A DNA stretch of 64,000 nt from Oopsacas minuta (lineage: Eukaryota; Animalia; Porifera): the NCBI GenBank assembly GCA_024704765.1, contig JAKMXF010000309.1, positions 124,001-188,000 of the forward strand, read 5' to 3'. Position 1 is the stretch's first letter; each line of letters begins with the position of its first letter. Below the pieces are notes generated by a model that ran no database searches, was not told the DNA's origin, and saw only the letters and a program-made list of their open reading frames with translations. Made by a program: the position numbers and the translations under genes. This document shows, piece after piece, positions 1 through 10,532 of the stretch.

Positions 1-313
1 TAGAGCCCTGTAGAAGTAGTGTCCGATTTGTTTTGTATTGTTTTGCTCCATACACCTGAGAGCATAGAACATTTACGTATACACCGAAACCTTCAGCGAT
101 TGGATAAGCTATCAGGCCAATATACACTTGACCGATAAACAAAGAGCTTAACATTAACGCTACATTACTCCCTGATGTTCTTCCAATGAATATATTACTC
201 AATTTTATCTGTAATCCTTCTGTAAAGCATTCTATAGAAGTTGGGAGTGCCAAGGCGAAAAGGAATACTATCTCTTCCAAGATCCAATTCATTTTTAGAA
301 CTTTCACTCCCAT
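1..313 (-). pseudogene. MATE (multidrug and toxic compound extrusion) transporter copy 1, 5' part only, runs off the window start; apparent +1 frameshift
   Basis: Reverse complement of 2333-2645; ATG at 313. The run at ~31-34 has four T where copy 3 has three (gatttgTTTTgtattg vs cttgTTTgtattg), shifting the frame. Could be a sequencing error. Confidence 0.7.
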
Positions 314-2645
314 AACTATTGACTATTCAATAATTTTCCAAATTCTAAGTGATTTTTCTATATACAAATATTCACTATTTGATTCAATTTCTCTTGCGTG
401 CAAAATTCTATTCTAAACTTTATAATTCTTACATTTTATCAGTGCAGATAGTTGGATTTGAAAACTTATTATTTTATTATCTTAAACCCATGAGTTCGAT
501 ACTCAATTACAATTCATTCATTTTATTTCTCCAATGAGTATATTACTCACTTTCATCTGTAGTCATTCTGTAATGCATTCTTTGACACAGGTATTGCTAA
601 TACGAAAAGGAATACTATCTCTTCAAATATTCAATTCGTTTAATGAACATCTAATTTCATGATTGTTACTATATTATCAATTCTAAAATGAACTTTCTTT
701 ATATTTGAACTATTTGATTCAATTATTATGCACATTCCGAGCATTTACGTTCTCTATTCATGTTTCAATTATGCTTGCATTTATTTTAAGGTTCTCGAAC
801 AGCGATGATCGTTCCGAATGATGAGCATTATTTTGTATTGAAATACCCCTGCAACATCAAAAGGATGCTTCAATAATTCTTGAAACTTGACCTTTCTATT
901 AAATTAATACTAATTGGAGTAACATCGAGGTGAACGATCATCGCGCGTCAGACAAACTTGTATTCTATCAGTAACCCATGAGCTCGAAACTCACTGACAA
1001 TACAATCATTTCATTTTTTTCTAACTGATGATTCACACAGGATTCCGGGGCGTATGCATTAGGTCGAATTTCGGTGTTGGCATTAATTCAAATTCTGAGC
1101 GCATGCATTAGGTCGAATTCAATTTAGCTATGTTGTCGATAGATAAATATAGAAAATGGATTTATAGAAACGAGGACGTAATTGGACATTTTATTGTATT
1201 AATTATAAACCCGTACCATTGGGAGGGGATTAAGGATTTTGTTCACTACCTTATCGGTCTGGGAGTTTTCATTTGTACTCGTTATTAAGCTACCTAGGGG
1301 CGGGGATGTGGAGTCCATGCTAATTTTGTGTTTGGATGGACCTTTGTTGGATTAATTATCAGAAAAGTTTGCAAAATGGGGGATCGCTGGATTTTTTGCT
1401 TTTAAAACGTTTGTGCAGGTTTATTAGAAATTTAAGGATGTATTCCGTGTTCCTCCAAAATGAATTAGCCCTAAATGAGATATTCGCAGCTAATATCCAT
1501 TCGCTCTATCGACAACATAGCCAAAATTGAATTCGACCCAATGCATGCGCTCCGAATTTGAATTAATGCCAACACCGAAATTCGACTTAATGCATACGCC
1601 CCGGAATCCTGTGTGAATCATCAGTTAGAAAAAAATGAAATGATTGTATTGTCAGTGAGTTTCGAGCTCATGGGTTACTGATAGAATACGAGTTTGTCTG
1701 ACGCGCGATGATCGTTCACCTCGATGTTACTCCAATTAATATTAGTTTAATAGAAAGGTCACGTTTTAAGAATTATTGAAGTATCCTTTTGATGTTATAG
1801 GAGTATTTCAATACAAAATAATGCTCATCATTCGGAACGATCGAAGCTGATCGAGAACCTTAAAATAAATGCAAATATAATTGAAACACGAACAGAGAAC
1901 GTAAATAGTCTCTATGTGTATGATAATTGAATCAAATAGTTCAAATATAAAGAAAATTCACTTTAGAATTGATAATATAGTAATAATCATGAAACTAAAT
2001 GTTCATTAAACGAATTGAATATCTGAAGAGATAGTATTCCTTTTAGTATTAGTAATACCTGTGTCAAAGAATGCATTACAGAATGACTACAGATGAAAGT
2101 GAGTAATATACTCATTGGAGAAATAAAATGAATGAATTGTAACAGAGTATCGAACTCATGGGTTTAAGATAATAAAATAATAAGTTTTCAAATCCAACTA
2201 TCTGCACTGATAAAATGTAAGAATTTAGAAAGTTTAGAATACAATTTTGCACGCAAGAGAATTTGAATCGAATAGTGAATATATATAGAAAAATCACTTA
2301 GAATTTGGAAAATTATTGAATAGTCAATAGTTATGGGAGTGAAAGTTCTAAAAATGAATTGGATCTTGGAAGAGATAGTATTCCTTTTCGCCTTGGCACT
2401 CCCAACTTCTATAGAATGCTTTACAGAAGGATTACAGATAAAATTGAGTAATATATTCATTGGAAGAACATCAGGGAGTAATGTAGCGTTAATGTTAAGC
2501 TCTTTGTTTATCGGTCAAGTGTATATTGGCCTGATAGCTTATCCAATCGCTGAAGGTTTCGGTGTATACGTAAATGTTCTATGCTCTCAGGCGTATGGAG
2601 CAAAACAATTTAAACAAGTAGGATTCTACTTCTACAGAGCTCTAT
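1..2645. repeat. Large imperfect palindrome: arms ~1-1143 and ~1505-2645, spacer ~360 bp
   Basis: 1021-1143 (ctaactgatgattcacacaggattccggggcg...tgttgtcgataga) is the reverse complement of 1505-1628. Paired coordinates sum to ~2646-2648 throughout. Arms differ by scattered substitutions. Confidence 0.95.
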
Positions 2646-3877
2646 TCATGTCAGCTCTCACCTACATACCAGTATTCACAATTTTGATTAGTATCCGTCC
2701 TATCGTCTACTTGTTATTTCAAGATTGGGAGTTAGCTGAGTATAGTGGTAGCTACACAGATATTCTATGTTTCGGTTATCCTGCGTATTTGTACTACAAA
2801 ATAGGTATTCGTTTCCTTCAGGTATTGAACATAGTTTGGGCTCCAGTATTGTATCTTCTCATAGGAATAACTGTGAATGGAATAATACAGTATATTCTCA
2901 TCTTTCAATACAATACGAGCATGCAAGGTGTAGCAGCTGGTTACGTCATAAGTAATTACTTAATTGCACTTTTAGTATTCTCACACATACAACTCTCTCA
3001 TGTACACAAGACAATTTCACATGAATGGAGTATTGAATTGATTTCTGACTGGTATCATACAGCAAGATACGCCGTAATCGGTATTGTACAATATATGTTT
3101 GGAACAATACCTAGCACTATCATCCCACTTATATTTATTGGGACTATTGCACATGACCAGAAACAGCTAGCTATATACTCAATTCTATTTTCTATCTGGT
3201 GGGTATGCTACCTGACTTCTGCGGGATTCAGCAGTAGTATAACAGTTCGCATAGCTCATTTGTTAGGAGCAAATCAACCAAAACGAGCTAGAAATGCAAC
3301 GATAGTTGACTTAATCTTCGTACAGTTTACATTAGTAATGTGTAATATCATAGTATTTGTAGCTAGTGAACCATTGAGTTATCTCTTCACTACAGACCCC
3401 AATTTTGCCAAAGAGTTAACTTGGAATATTAGGATGTTCTCTTTCGTGCTCAATACTGACATAAAGCTTGTTATACAAGGAGTAATTAACGCGTGTTGTA
3501 AGCAAGGGATACAAATTATATTCAAGTTTATTTTTCAGATAATATTAGGTACTATTTTTGCAGGATTGATCGTTCATTTTGTGAAATGGAAAGCTCTTGG
3601 AATCATCCTGCAATTTGCAATTTGTAACCTGCTTACATTTACTGCTTGTTTTCTCATACTTGCCTGTAGTGACTGGGAGGTTGTTGCACTTTTTGTCAGC
3701 AAAAATACGAAACCATTATCAATTCCTGAGATTATATCATCCCAAACTCCTTCAATAACCTCAAAAACAACCATTTTCTTCACTTCCACGCCCTTTGTAT
3801 TGTTTAAGTATATGATTACTTTTGTACTGAGTTTCTCCTTTCTAACCACTGTTTTCGTTCTCACCCATTATTTGTGA
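2333..3877 (+). CDS. MATE family transporter (SLC47-like), copy 2, intronless, 514 aa
   Basis: About 12 hydrophobic segments; MATE-like motifs LCSQAYGAK and VRIAHLLGANQPKRAR. Confidence 0.9.
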   Translation: MGVKVLKMNWILEEIVFLFALALPTSIECFTEGLQIKLSNIFIGRTSGSNVALMLSSLFIGQVYIGLIAYPIAEGFGVYVNVLCSQAYGAKQFKQVGFYFYRALFMSALTYIPVFTILISIRPIVYLLFQDWELAEYSGSYTDILCFGYPAYLYYKIGIRFLQVLNIVWAPVLYLLIGITVNGIIQYILIFQYNTSMQGVAAGYVISNYLIALLVFSHIQLSHVHKTISHEWSIELISDWYHTARYAVIGIVQYMFGTIPSTIIPLIFIGTIAHDQKQLAIYSILFSIWWVCYLTSAGFSSSITVRIAHLLGANQPKRARNATIVDLIFVQFTLVMCNIIVFVASEPLSYLFTTDPNFAKELTWNIRMFSFVLNTDIKLVIQGVINACCKQGIQIIFKFIFQIILGTIFAGLIVHFVKWKALGIILQFAICNLLTFTACFLILACSDWEVVALFVSKNTKPLSIPEIISSQTPSITSKTTIFFTSTPFVLFKYMITFVLSFSFLTTVFVLTHYL

Positions 3878-4136
3878 AATCAACATCAATGTATGTTATT
3901 CAATCCAAATTGTTGTCTGTAAGTTTGTTTGTTCGTTTGTCGGTTGTGAAGGAAAGGATTTGTGGTATGCAATGCGGATACATTAGCCAATCCCATAAAT
4001 CTATCTTTGTGATATGGGTAGCTGCTAAGGGAGTCTACGATGCCATACTTTATATGAATTCAATATCAAGGCTAATTTAATAGTAGTATTTATTCTACAA
4101 TATATTATTGTTCAGTTTATTTGTTGTTTATGTTCA

Positions 4137-4800
4137 TTACGAAAATACTTGTAGTCCGTAGTTATTATTATTGGACACATTACTAAGTTTTTGATTTTGG
4201 GTTAGAACTATTCCTGTAGAGTATTCTAACGTCCCTGCTTGATCCCCGTATCCTCCAATGGCATGGAGGAGGGTTCCATCTTTAGAGATATTTTCACTTT
4301 ATCATCTCTCCAATTTGATAACCAAATTCTGGTTTGAGTCCATACAGAAGAAGAAAGGGTACATCACCTGCGTAACTAGGGACAGTTTCGAATCTCCTGC
4401 ATTAGAGAACACCTGTATGCAGTGAGACATTTCACATAGCACATACATTTCATCTTATGTCAGCTTAACGTCACAAGGCTTTCTTATTGTTTGATGTCTT
4501 ATGTGAGTTTTGGAGTGTAAGTTTGAGCCTAAGATTTGATTCTGTGGTTGTCATGATCTGCAATGAGCAAATGCCCGTTGTTATTGACGGTGAGACCGTA
4601 AAGTGAATTGAACTTTTCATCAGTAGATCCCTTACCATTCCCAAATGTGGTTACCAGACGGAGGCATGCTTTAAATTTACAATAGAACAATGTGTTCACT
4701 AATGTGTTTTTCACGTACAGATTGTCTCTGTGTATTGCTATACCGTGTGGGTGTCTCATGACTTCATTTTGAAGGTATTTAGCTAGTCCATACCCTGTAT
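4137..4800 (-). pseudogene. NHL-repeat (TRIM71/RING-NHL-like beta-propeller) pseudogene fragment
   Basis: PHGIAIHRDNLYV and LYGLTVNNNGHLLIADHDNHRIK repeats. Continues past the ORF-track stop with in-frame stops to a YGLQVFS* terminus at ~4137. Confidence 0.8.
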
Positions 4801-5464
4801 AATTCAATTGGTCCTGTTTATGCTTTTGAGCCACTCTCCTATGCGTAAATAATTATGAAATACCCAACAACATGATTAAAAGTAATTGACTCAATTGATA
4901 CGATAATTGGATACAGCGCGGTACTTTCCGGACCAGTTATGCCGCCCCTGAACCGTTCCTGTATACAATATTCAATTTATCACATTATCTTTAGAGTATT
5001 TTGCTTTTTTATTGCTGGTTATGCGTTATATTCATGTTTAATTCTTTCAACATTTCATTTTGTTTTTGATATTGAACTTGTATGTAATTCAGTAATAAGT
5101 GATAAGAAATTAATTATGGTCCAAGTTCTAGTTCTAGTCGGAGGTCCAGGAGCGAGACCCCTGAGATATGATAAAATTGCGATTTGATCGGTAATAGAAA
5201 TTCTTTTTCTTATTAATTGGGTAATATTTGTGAAAAATTTGTGGAAATGTCGGAGCAGTTTGGACTTTACGTTTTCCCTCTATATGCTAATGGAGTCTCG
5301 AATCTTAATATTGTCTTTTAATTTCTAACCTTCAACCTTTATCCTAAGCTTAGCTTTAGTGAATACAACTCCTGCAGCTGTCAACATATTTATATGACAT
5401 CCTTAGTCTTTTTCAAGGGGTTGCAGCGGATTAGTTCATATTTGTTTCTAAAGAATAATATTTG

Positions 5465-5536
5465 ACGAATAGTCCAGTATTCGGTTACGCCACTATTCAT
5501 GAATACTGATATTGGGTTGGATCGGTTTCAACCTTG
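5465..5536 (-). mobile_element. Copy of short hAT-like MITE family (CAAGGTTGAAACC...)
   Basis: Reverse-complement match to 51748-51836 and 23905-23983. Confidence 0.6.
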
Positions 5537-5656
5537 GTCTATTTGTATATAGTTTCATATTGAATATTACATGTGAGTTCATTCAATAGATTATATTTGT
5601 ATAAAATTCAAGCCGTAATCATGCATACATAATCTAAATAATATTTTTACTGTGAA

Positions 5657-7144
5657 TTGTGTATTTCCATTATGCAGTTGATAGCAGTTTTTCAAAACTC
5701 CAAATTGGATGTTATTTACTGGTTCTTTGTTATTTGGAATGTTGTACTTACAGTTACATTTTTGCTGATTCCATATCTGTTTTCCAAAGCTGGACTTGTG
5801 TTGAGCATTATTTCCATTGCTTTCTGCGTAATAATGACGATTATTGCAAGCATGTGGTCTTTGGAAATATTATCTCGCTGTAATTTACTCTATACAAATA
5901 CGGAAAACAGCGAATCAAATTGTATTAATCAACCATTATTAGCTGATATTGATCCTAAACGTAAATTTGAATTCAATGAATTATCAGGTATTTTGATGGG
6001 CAAGTTGACAAAAGGTATTTTCACAATTCTCCTCATATTCGTGGGATTAGGCTACATATTGGCTGGTATTGTAAGCAGTTGCCAATCTCTGTCTGTTAAT
6101 ATACCAATCAATACAACTCTGTTTCGAACGTGTAATAGTTCAGAATTTGAGGATAGCATCATCCCTACAGGCAGGTGTCTTAATTGGTATCGAATATTGG
6201 TTGCTGTTTTTGGGATTATTGGCACCTTTTTCGCGAGTTTAAGAGGCCGAGAACAGAAGTATATGAATATCATATTTGCCGTTTCGCGGTTTGGAGTGAT
6301 GTGTTACATGGTATTTTTCGCGATTTTTGTTATGGAAAGAGAATCAAAAATCTCAACTGATTTCATTTTCAGATTTGATTTCAAACAAGGTATGCTTTGT
6401 TTCTCTACAATGTTCACGTTATCTTGTGTCCCAATTTTTATACCAGCATTAAGTCACCTTGTAACGAAAAAGTCAATAATTGCGCCAGTATTAGTAATTT
6501 CTTTCATCGCTGTTCTCATCCATTGTGTCATCTTCGCTGTAGTATTAGTATTCGCCTTCGGTGATAATATACATCCAAATAGTATGCTAAATCTCCAACC
6601 ATTCACAACGGGAAATCATAGTTTTGTTTTGAAAACAATTTCACATATAGCTATTCTATATCCTTGCGTTGATGGATTTTGTGCTTTCGCATTTGGTGTG
6701 ATTCTCTCTTCTAATCAAACTTTCACAATTTTGACTGGAAAAGACTACACTGAGTTTTCAAATAAATGGAAATTCAGAATGGTAAATTTTTCGATATATA
6801 TTTTCTACTCACTGCCAATTACATTAGTGTGTCTTTTCATTTCGAATATTGTCATTATTCAAGCTATATGTGGATGTATATTTTTCGTTTGCAACGTGTT
6901 GTTTCCTTGTCTTCTGCAAATTGTTTCAAGTCTAAAATGTAAAAGGATTATCTCTCGGGAAACATATGTAGCTCCAAATTCTTGTTTAGCACAAAAGACA
7001 TACAATTTCCTTTTCACATCTTCATTTCCTACTCCTTTCTCTGGTTTCTACTCTAACAATTTTGTTGTATTTACTGAAACGATCGTATTTTCCATTATTT
7101 TTGCTATCTCTTTCTATTATCTTTCTAATTCACTTTTCGGATAA
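5657..7144 (+). CDS. Amino-acid/auxin permease (Aa_trans, SLC36/38; TMEM104-like) transporter, intronless
   Basis: About 11 TM segments. N-terminal 'FLLIPYLFSKAGLVLS' resembles the family LxxPYAFxxxG motif. True start uncertain; ATG at 5672 is likely. Confidence 0.7.
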   Translation: MCISIMQLIAVFQNSKLDVIYWFFVIWNVVLTVTFLLIPYLFSKAGLVLSIISIAFCVIMTIIASMWSLEILSRCNLLYTNTENSESNCINQPLLADIDPKRKFEFNELSGILMGKLTKGIFTILLIFVGLGYILAGIVSSCQSLSVNIPINTTLFRTCNSSEFEDSIIPTGRCLNWYRILVAVFGIIGTFFASLRGREQKYMNIIFAVSRFGVMCYMVFFAIFVMERESKISTDFIFRFDFKQGMLCFSTMFTLSCVPIFIPALSHLVTKKSIIAPVLVISFIAVLIHCVIFAVVLVFAFGDNIHPNSMLNLQPFTTGNHSFVLKTISHIAILYPCVDGFCAFAFGVILSSNQTFTILTGKDYTEFSNKWKFRMVNFSIYIFYSLPITLVCLFISNIVIIQAICGCIFFVCNVLFPCLLQIVSSLKCKRIISRETYVAPNSCLAQKTYNFLFTSSFPTPFSGFYSNNFVVFTETIVFSIIFAISFYYLSNSLFG

Positions 7145-7189
7145 ATTGCTATTTTCACACTACACGTGTTTATATTGTGTACTAAAAAA

Positions 7190-8905
7190 ACAGCCTTGAT
7201 ATTGAATTCATATAAAGTATGGCATCGTAGACTCCCTTAGTAGCTACCCATATCACAAAGATAGATTTATGGGATTGACTAATGTATCCGCATTGCATAC
7301 CACAAATCCTTTCCTTGACAACCGACAAACGAACAAACAAATTTACAGACAACAATTGGGATTGAATAACATACATTGATGTTGATTTCACAAATAATGG
7401 GTGAGAACGAAAACAGTGGTTAGAAAGGAGAAACTCAGTACAAAAGTAATAATATACTTAAACAATACAAAGGGCGTGGAAGTGAAGAAAATGGTTGTTT
7501 TTGAGGTTATTGAAGGAGTTTGGGATGATGTAATCTCAGGAATTGATAATGGTTTCGTATTTTTGCTGACAAAAAGTGCAACAACCTCCCAGTCACTACA
7601 GGCAAGTATGAGAAAACAAGCAGTAAATGTAAGCAGGTTACAAATTGCAAATTGCAGGATGATTCCAAGAGCTTTCCATTTCACGAAATGAACGATCAAT
7701 CCTGCAAAAATAGTACCTAATATTATCTGAAAAATAAACTTGAATATAATTTGTATCCCTTGCTTACAACACGCGTTCATTACTCCTTGTATAACAAGCT
7801 TTATGTCAGTACTGAGCACGAAAGAGAACATCCTAATATTCCAAGTTAACTCTTTGGCAAAATTGGGGTCTGTAGTGAAGAGATAACTCAATGGTTCACT
7901 AGCTACAAATACTATGATATTACACATTACTAGTGTAAACTGTGCGAAGATTAAGTCAACTATCGTTGCATTTCTAGCTCGTTTTGGTTGATTTGCTCCT
8001 AACAAATGAGCTATGCGAACTGTTATACTACTGCTGAATCCCGCACAAGTCAGGTAGCATACCCACCAGACAGAATATAGAATTGAGTATATAGCTAGCT
8101 GTTTCTGGTCATGTGCAATAGTCCCAATAAATATAAGTGGGATGATAGTGTTAGGTATTGTTCCAAACATATATTGTACAATACCGATTACGGCGTATCT
8201 TGCTGTATGATACCAGTCAGAAATCAATTCAATACTCCATTCATGTGAAATTGTCTTGTGTACATGAGAGAGTTGTATGTGTGAGAATACTAACAGTGCA
8301 ATTAAGTAATTACTTATGACGTAACCAGCTGCTGCACCTTGCATACTTGTATTGTATTGAAAGATGAGAATATATTGTATTATTCCATTCAGAGTTATTC
8401 CTATGAGAAGATACAATACAGGACCCCAAACTATGTTCAATGCCTGAAGGAAACGAATACCTATTTTGTAGTACAAATACGCAGGATAACCGAAACATAG
8501 AATATCTGTGTAGCTACCACTATACTCAGCTAACTCCCAATCTTGGAATACTAAGTAGACGATAGGACGGATACTAATCAAGATTGTGAATACTGGTATA
8601 CAGGTGATAGCTGACATAAATAGAGCTCTGTAGAAGTAGAGTCCTACTTGTTTGTATTGTTTTGCTCCATACGCCTGAGAGCATAGAACATTTACGTATA
8701 CACCGAAACCTTCAGCGATTGGATAAGCTATCAGGCCAATATACACTTGACCGATAAACAAAGAGCTTAACATTAACGCTACATTACTCCCTGATGTTCT
8801 CCCAATGAATATATTACTCAATTTCATCTGTAATCCTTCTGTAAAGCATTCTATAGAAGTTGGGAGTGCTAAGGCGAAAAGGAATACTATCTCTTCCAAA
8901 ATCCA
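7190..8905. repeat. Inverted duplicate of ~2358-4075 (MATE CDS plus ~200 bp of 3' flank)
   Basis: Near-identical proteins and 3' flanks. Similarity ends at atatcaaggct (4075 vs 7192). Confidence 0.9.
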
Positions 8906-8926
8906 ATGAATCTTTCGAAATTGCAT
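7388..8926 (-). CDS. MATE family transporter, copy 3, intronless, 512 aa
   Basis: Near-identical to the 2333-3877 protein, with a different extreme N-terminus. Confidence 0.9.
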   Translation of the reverse strand: MQFRKIHWILEEIVFLFALALPTSIECFTEGLQMKLSNIFIGRTSGSNVALMLSSLFIGQVYIGLIAYPIAEGFGVYVNVLCSQAYGAKQYKQVGLYFYRALFMSAITCIPVFTILISIRPIVYLVFQDWELAEYSGSYTDILCFGYPAYLYYKIGIRFLQALNIVWGPVLYLLIGITLNGIIQYILIFQYNTSMQGAAAGYVISNYLIALLVFSHIQLSHVHKTISHEWSIELISDWYHTARYAVIGIVQYMFGTIPNTIIPLIFIGTIAHDQKQLAIYSILYSVWWVCYLTCAGFSSSITVRIAHLLGANQPKRARNATIVDLIFAQFTLVMCNIIVFVASEPLSYLFTTDPNFAKELTWNIRMFSFVLSTDIKLVIQGVMNACCKQGIQIIFKFIFQIILGTIFAGLIVHFVKWKALGIILQFAICNLLTFTACFLILACSDWEVVALFVSKNTKPLSIPEITSSQTPSITSKTTIFFTSTPFVLFKYIITFVLSFSFLTTVFVLTHYL

Positions 8927-10079
8927 TTTATTTTGAATATTTGACGGTAATTATATATTTGTATATTATTAGGAAAATAATTGACTCCATATGCTTAAAA
9001 ATTAATTTTTGACGATATTCCTCATGATTAATAGAATACACACACTTCTCTATTGTCTCTCTATTTTATTATTCTAGTAAGTATTATCTTGTGTTGACAT
9101 AACAATAGTCTAATTCTATCACTCAACAATCACTTTTACTCATGATTAGGACTTACAATAGAGATCCCAAGACCTGCCCGAACCCGATGTCTCAGGACCG
9201 GTGGAAGCAAACATAAAAACTGGCAGGCAATTGCCTCACCGTCCTTCCGACATTGGGCGGCCCGTTGCGAACTCTAGCTTACAATTCCGGGGTTCTGATT
9301 TTTTACCTCTGGGATTGAAATATTCTTCATACAGTGGAGTTCGCCTAATACGCGAATTTGTTATTACGTATGTACAGGAATTATTCCAATACAAAATGGG
9401 CTAGAAATCTCTGAAAAAATTGTTATTAGGTGAACACAACTGTATGAAACTATGAATAATTCACACATTTTAGGATTTTCAACTCTACCATGTATCAAAG
9501 GTTTCCGACTTTCCATTATATTCCCACGGGAACCCTGATACGTATACAGGATTCCTCAGACTCCCATGGGCTAAAGTCACACTTGCATTTTGTATAAATT
9601 TTTGTTTACGAGTTTGTGACTACACCCAAGACGACTTGTTAGTTGAGGTTAGATCGTGTTTAGCTATGTTGATCAAGATTCGTCAAGATGGTCATTAATT
9701 TACTTGACAAAAAAGGACAAAAATATTTCTGGGGCCGCAGTATGGTTAAGTTTGGTCATATCAACACATAATGAGAACTCCTAATGACCTAATCTATTAA
9801 ACCGGAAGCTACTTTACGAATAAATCAATGAATTTAAAAAATAAGAGAAAAACATTATTCGAATAATCAATCTGTGCAAATAATGTAATATATACGTAAT
9901 ATCCGCTTGGCAAAATTTGAGAGTTGTCACATTCAGAGAATGTATGCCAGTACTATACCTGTACATAACAAATTTAAATGATTCACTACAGCAAATCTCC
10001 GTAATATTCAACACAGATTGACGATATCGAAGTCTGAATTTGTACAAATATAGTCCCAATTCCCAATCAACTAAACATA

Positions 10080-10328
10080 CACTCCCTGGCCAAAAGTATT
10101 GGAACACTCTGCCACAATTGACACATGGCACAAATGTGTATTGACTTTAGTTGCATAGGCTGAAGATAACTTAAAATATTTTTGAATTAATTCTATCATT
10201 AATTTTGTCACTACAATCGCCTTTTCTGATATATCCACAGACTATTCAATACGTATATCCTCGCAATGTGCCATATGCCACATGTGTCATTAATGGTATG
10301 GTGTTCCAATACTTTTGGCCAGGGAATG
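10080..10328. mobile_element. Tc1/mariner-type MITE, 249 bp, TA target duplication
   Basis: TA-CACTCCCTGGCCAAAAGTATTGGAACAC ... GTGTTCCAATACTTTTGGCCAGGGAATG-TA. Confidence 0.85.
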
Positions 10329-10532
10329 TAGCTTTCATCGGTTATATCAATATCCGTCCGTTGATCTTCGAAACAACAAGAGTTGACTGTACTTTAACCC
10401 CAAATACAGTGAAAAATACAAGTAAGAAATTCTCTATTAAATCCTGTACGTACACAATAAAGGATGTAAATACTGTTTGCAATATATACTATATAGAAAT
10501 ATATATGAACTTAATTAATGCCAAAAAAGAAC

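Noticed and set aside
3874-4080. 'Conserved' small ORF repeated at 7182-7391, and similar pairs at 186-416/2188-2460 and 3574-3864/7401-7691
   Set aside because: The similarity is fully explained by recent DNA duplication of the MATE region. These are antisense or UTR frames.
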